Origin: Lingula anatina
Lineage: Eukaryota; Animalia; Brachiopoda
Reading direction: 5' to 3'
Length of the DNA stretch: 64,000 nt
Assembly (NCBI GenBank): GCA_051362555.1
Contig: CM120647.1
Coordinates: 3,534,001-3,598,000, forward strand
The notes under the pieces: model-generated
The model's input: only the letters and a program-made list of their open reading frames with translations
What the model was told of the DNA's origin: nothing
The model's database searches: none
In this document: positions 62,950 to 64,000 of the stretch, in pieces
Layout: every line of letters begins with the position of its first letter
Numbering within the stretch: the first letter of the stretch is position 1
Translations under genes and position numbers: made by a program

Positions 62950-64000
62950 AAGGAGACTCTATGACAATAATCTGGAAAGAAAGGAAAGAACGAACAAGCT
63001 CTCAGAGGAAACTGGCCAACATTCAAAACTTTTACCTATGGGATGATGTCAGCAGAATGTGCCCAGGAAAGGATTGTATCACTGTGAAACTGCCGTATGG
63101 AAAAGTAAGAAAGCAGAAAAGAATAATGATTATGAACATCATGAAGCCCATGACATCTACCCTAGCTAACACCCAGATCATCCAGTGGGGAAGTCCAAAT
63201 TTTCAGAGCCAAGACCACCATGTATTCTCCCACTGACTGAAAATGATCATGAAGCGTGTGCGTGCAAATGTCAAGAAAATGCTTCCCTTCTCATCACTGC
63301 CATTCACCGCGCTGTACCATCATTTCCCTTCAAGTGTGAGGATGTTCTTTCTCATACGCTTTGGAAGACATCAACACAACAGTGTCGTCAAGCAACTATC
63401 ACTTGTGTTGTGTAGAGCTGTTAGATGACTTTTTTGAGGAAGCAGACTTATCACGAGAAATTCTCTACTATCAGTGGAGAACAACCACTGGAAAGGTGCA
63501 GAGGACGCCCATCCAAGGTGATTTAGAATCAGCAAAATGTGAACTTTATCAGCAACTGCAACAACTCTCTGGCCATGAATACGATACAAAAAGGCAGCAA
63601 CTCAAGTGTACTCTGAAACCAGGACATATTATTCTTCATGAAGATTTTGCAGAAAATTATGCTATTTAGCAGCAAGGAGAAATAATGTCTGCAAATTGGT
63701 GCTTTGAGCAAGTAACTGTATTCACTGCCATTGTCTATTACAGACCAGATGACAACTCAAACCTCCAATTTCCTATAGGATCCTATAGGATTTTATAGGA
63801 TCCTATAGGACTTTTTATAGGATCCTATAGGATTTTATAGGATCCTATAGGACTTTTTCGTTAGGGAGATCCTACACTATAGTTTCAGATGAGCTCAGAC
63901 ATGACAAACAGTGTTTAAGCTTTAATAAGAGCATCATAGATGACATTACTATTAGTAGAAAACTGCCTTGGGAAATTAAACACGTGCACTGTGCAGGTTC
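62950..64000 (+). mobile_element. Decayed DDE transposase, Sola (Sola2-like); runs off the window end
   Basis: FYLWDDVSRMCPGKD...KQKRI, GKSKFS..RP, CACKCQEN, YYQW, HEDFAENY..Q.EIMSANW...QVT, IVSDELRHDK. Multiple frameshifts and stops. Confidence 0.7.
63771..63866. repeat. Palindromic TCCTATAGGA tandem array (MITE remnant) inserted in the transposase
   Basis: Repeated TCCTATAGGA/TATAGGATCCTATA ending in TTTTTCGTTAGGG; it interrupts the reading frame between the YYR and IVSDE motifs. Confidence 0.75.

Overview
AT-rich animal (invertebrate, possibly lophotrochozoan; inferred from repeat families only) nuclear DNA with spliceosomal introns. I could rebuild two complete minus-strand genes by hand with all splice phases consistent. 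(1) A 13-exon, ~854-aa gene (30476-20060) encoding an N-terminal Macro domain, three tandem TIR domains and a C-terminal polybasic + CaaX tail (KKSRTCCVS*). This resembles a one-chain, membrane-anchored version of the TIR + Macro logic of bacterial type II Thoeris and is the main candidate for an undescribed system. (2) TCP1/CCT-alpha (49782-39119, 12 exons, 558 aa), which has a U12 minor intron and hosts two H/ACA snoRNAs: SNORA20 and a relative predicted to target the adjacent 18S uridine. A plus-strand gene starts head-to-head with TCP1. Positions ~7.6-18.8 kb hold decayed, internally deleted and tandemly amplified Polinton/Maverick sequence (pPolB, PC4-like, OB-fold). The remainder contains TE debris: piggyBac, Harbinger and its MITEs, Helentron-type HINEs, an Academ-like and a Sola-like element, LINE ends, and a Penelope fragment next to a minimal hammerhead ribozyme. 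All family assignments come from motif recognition; no database searches were run.
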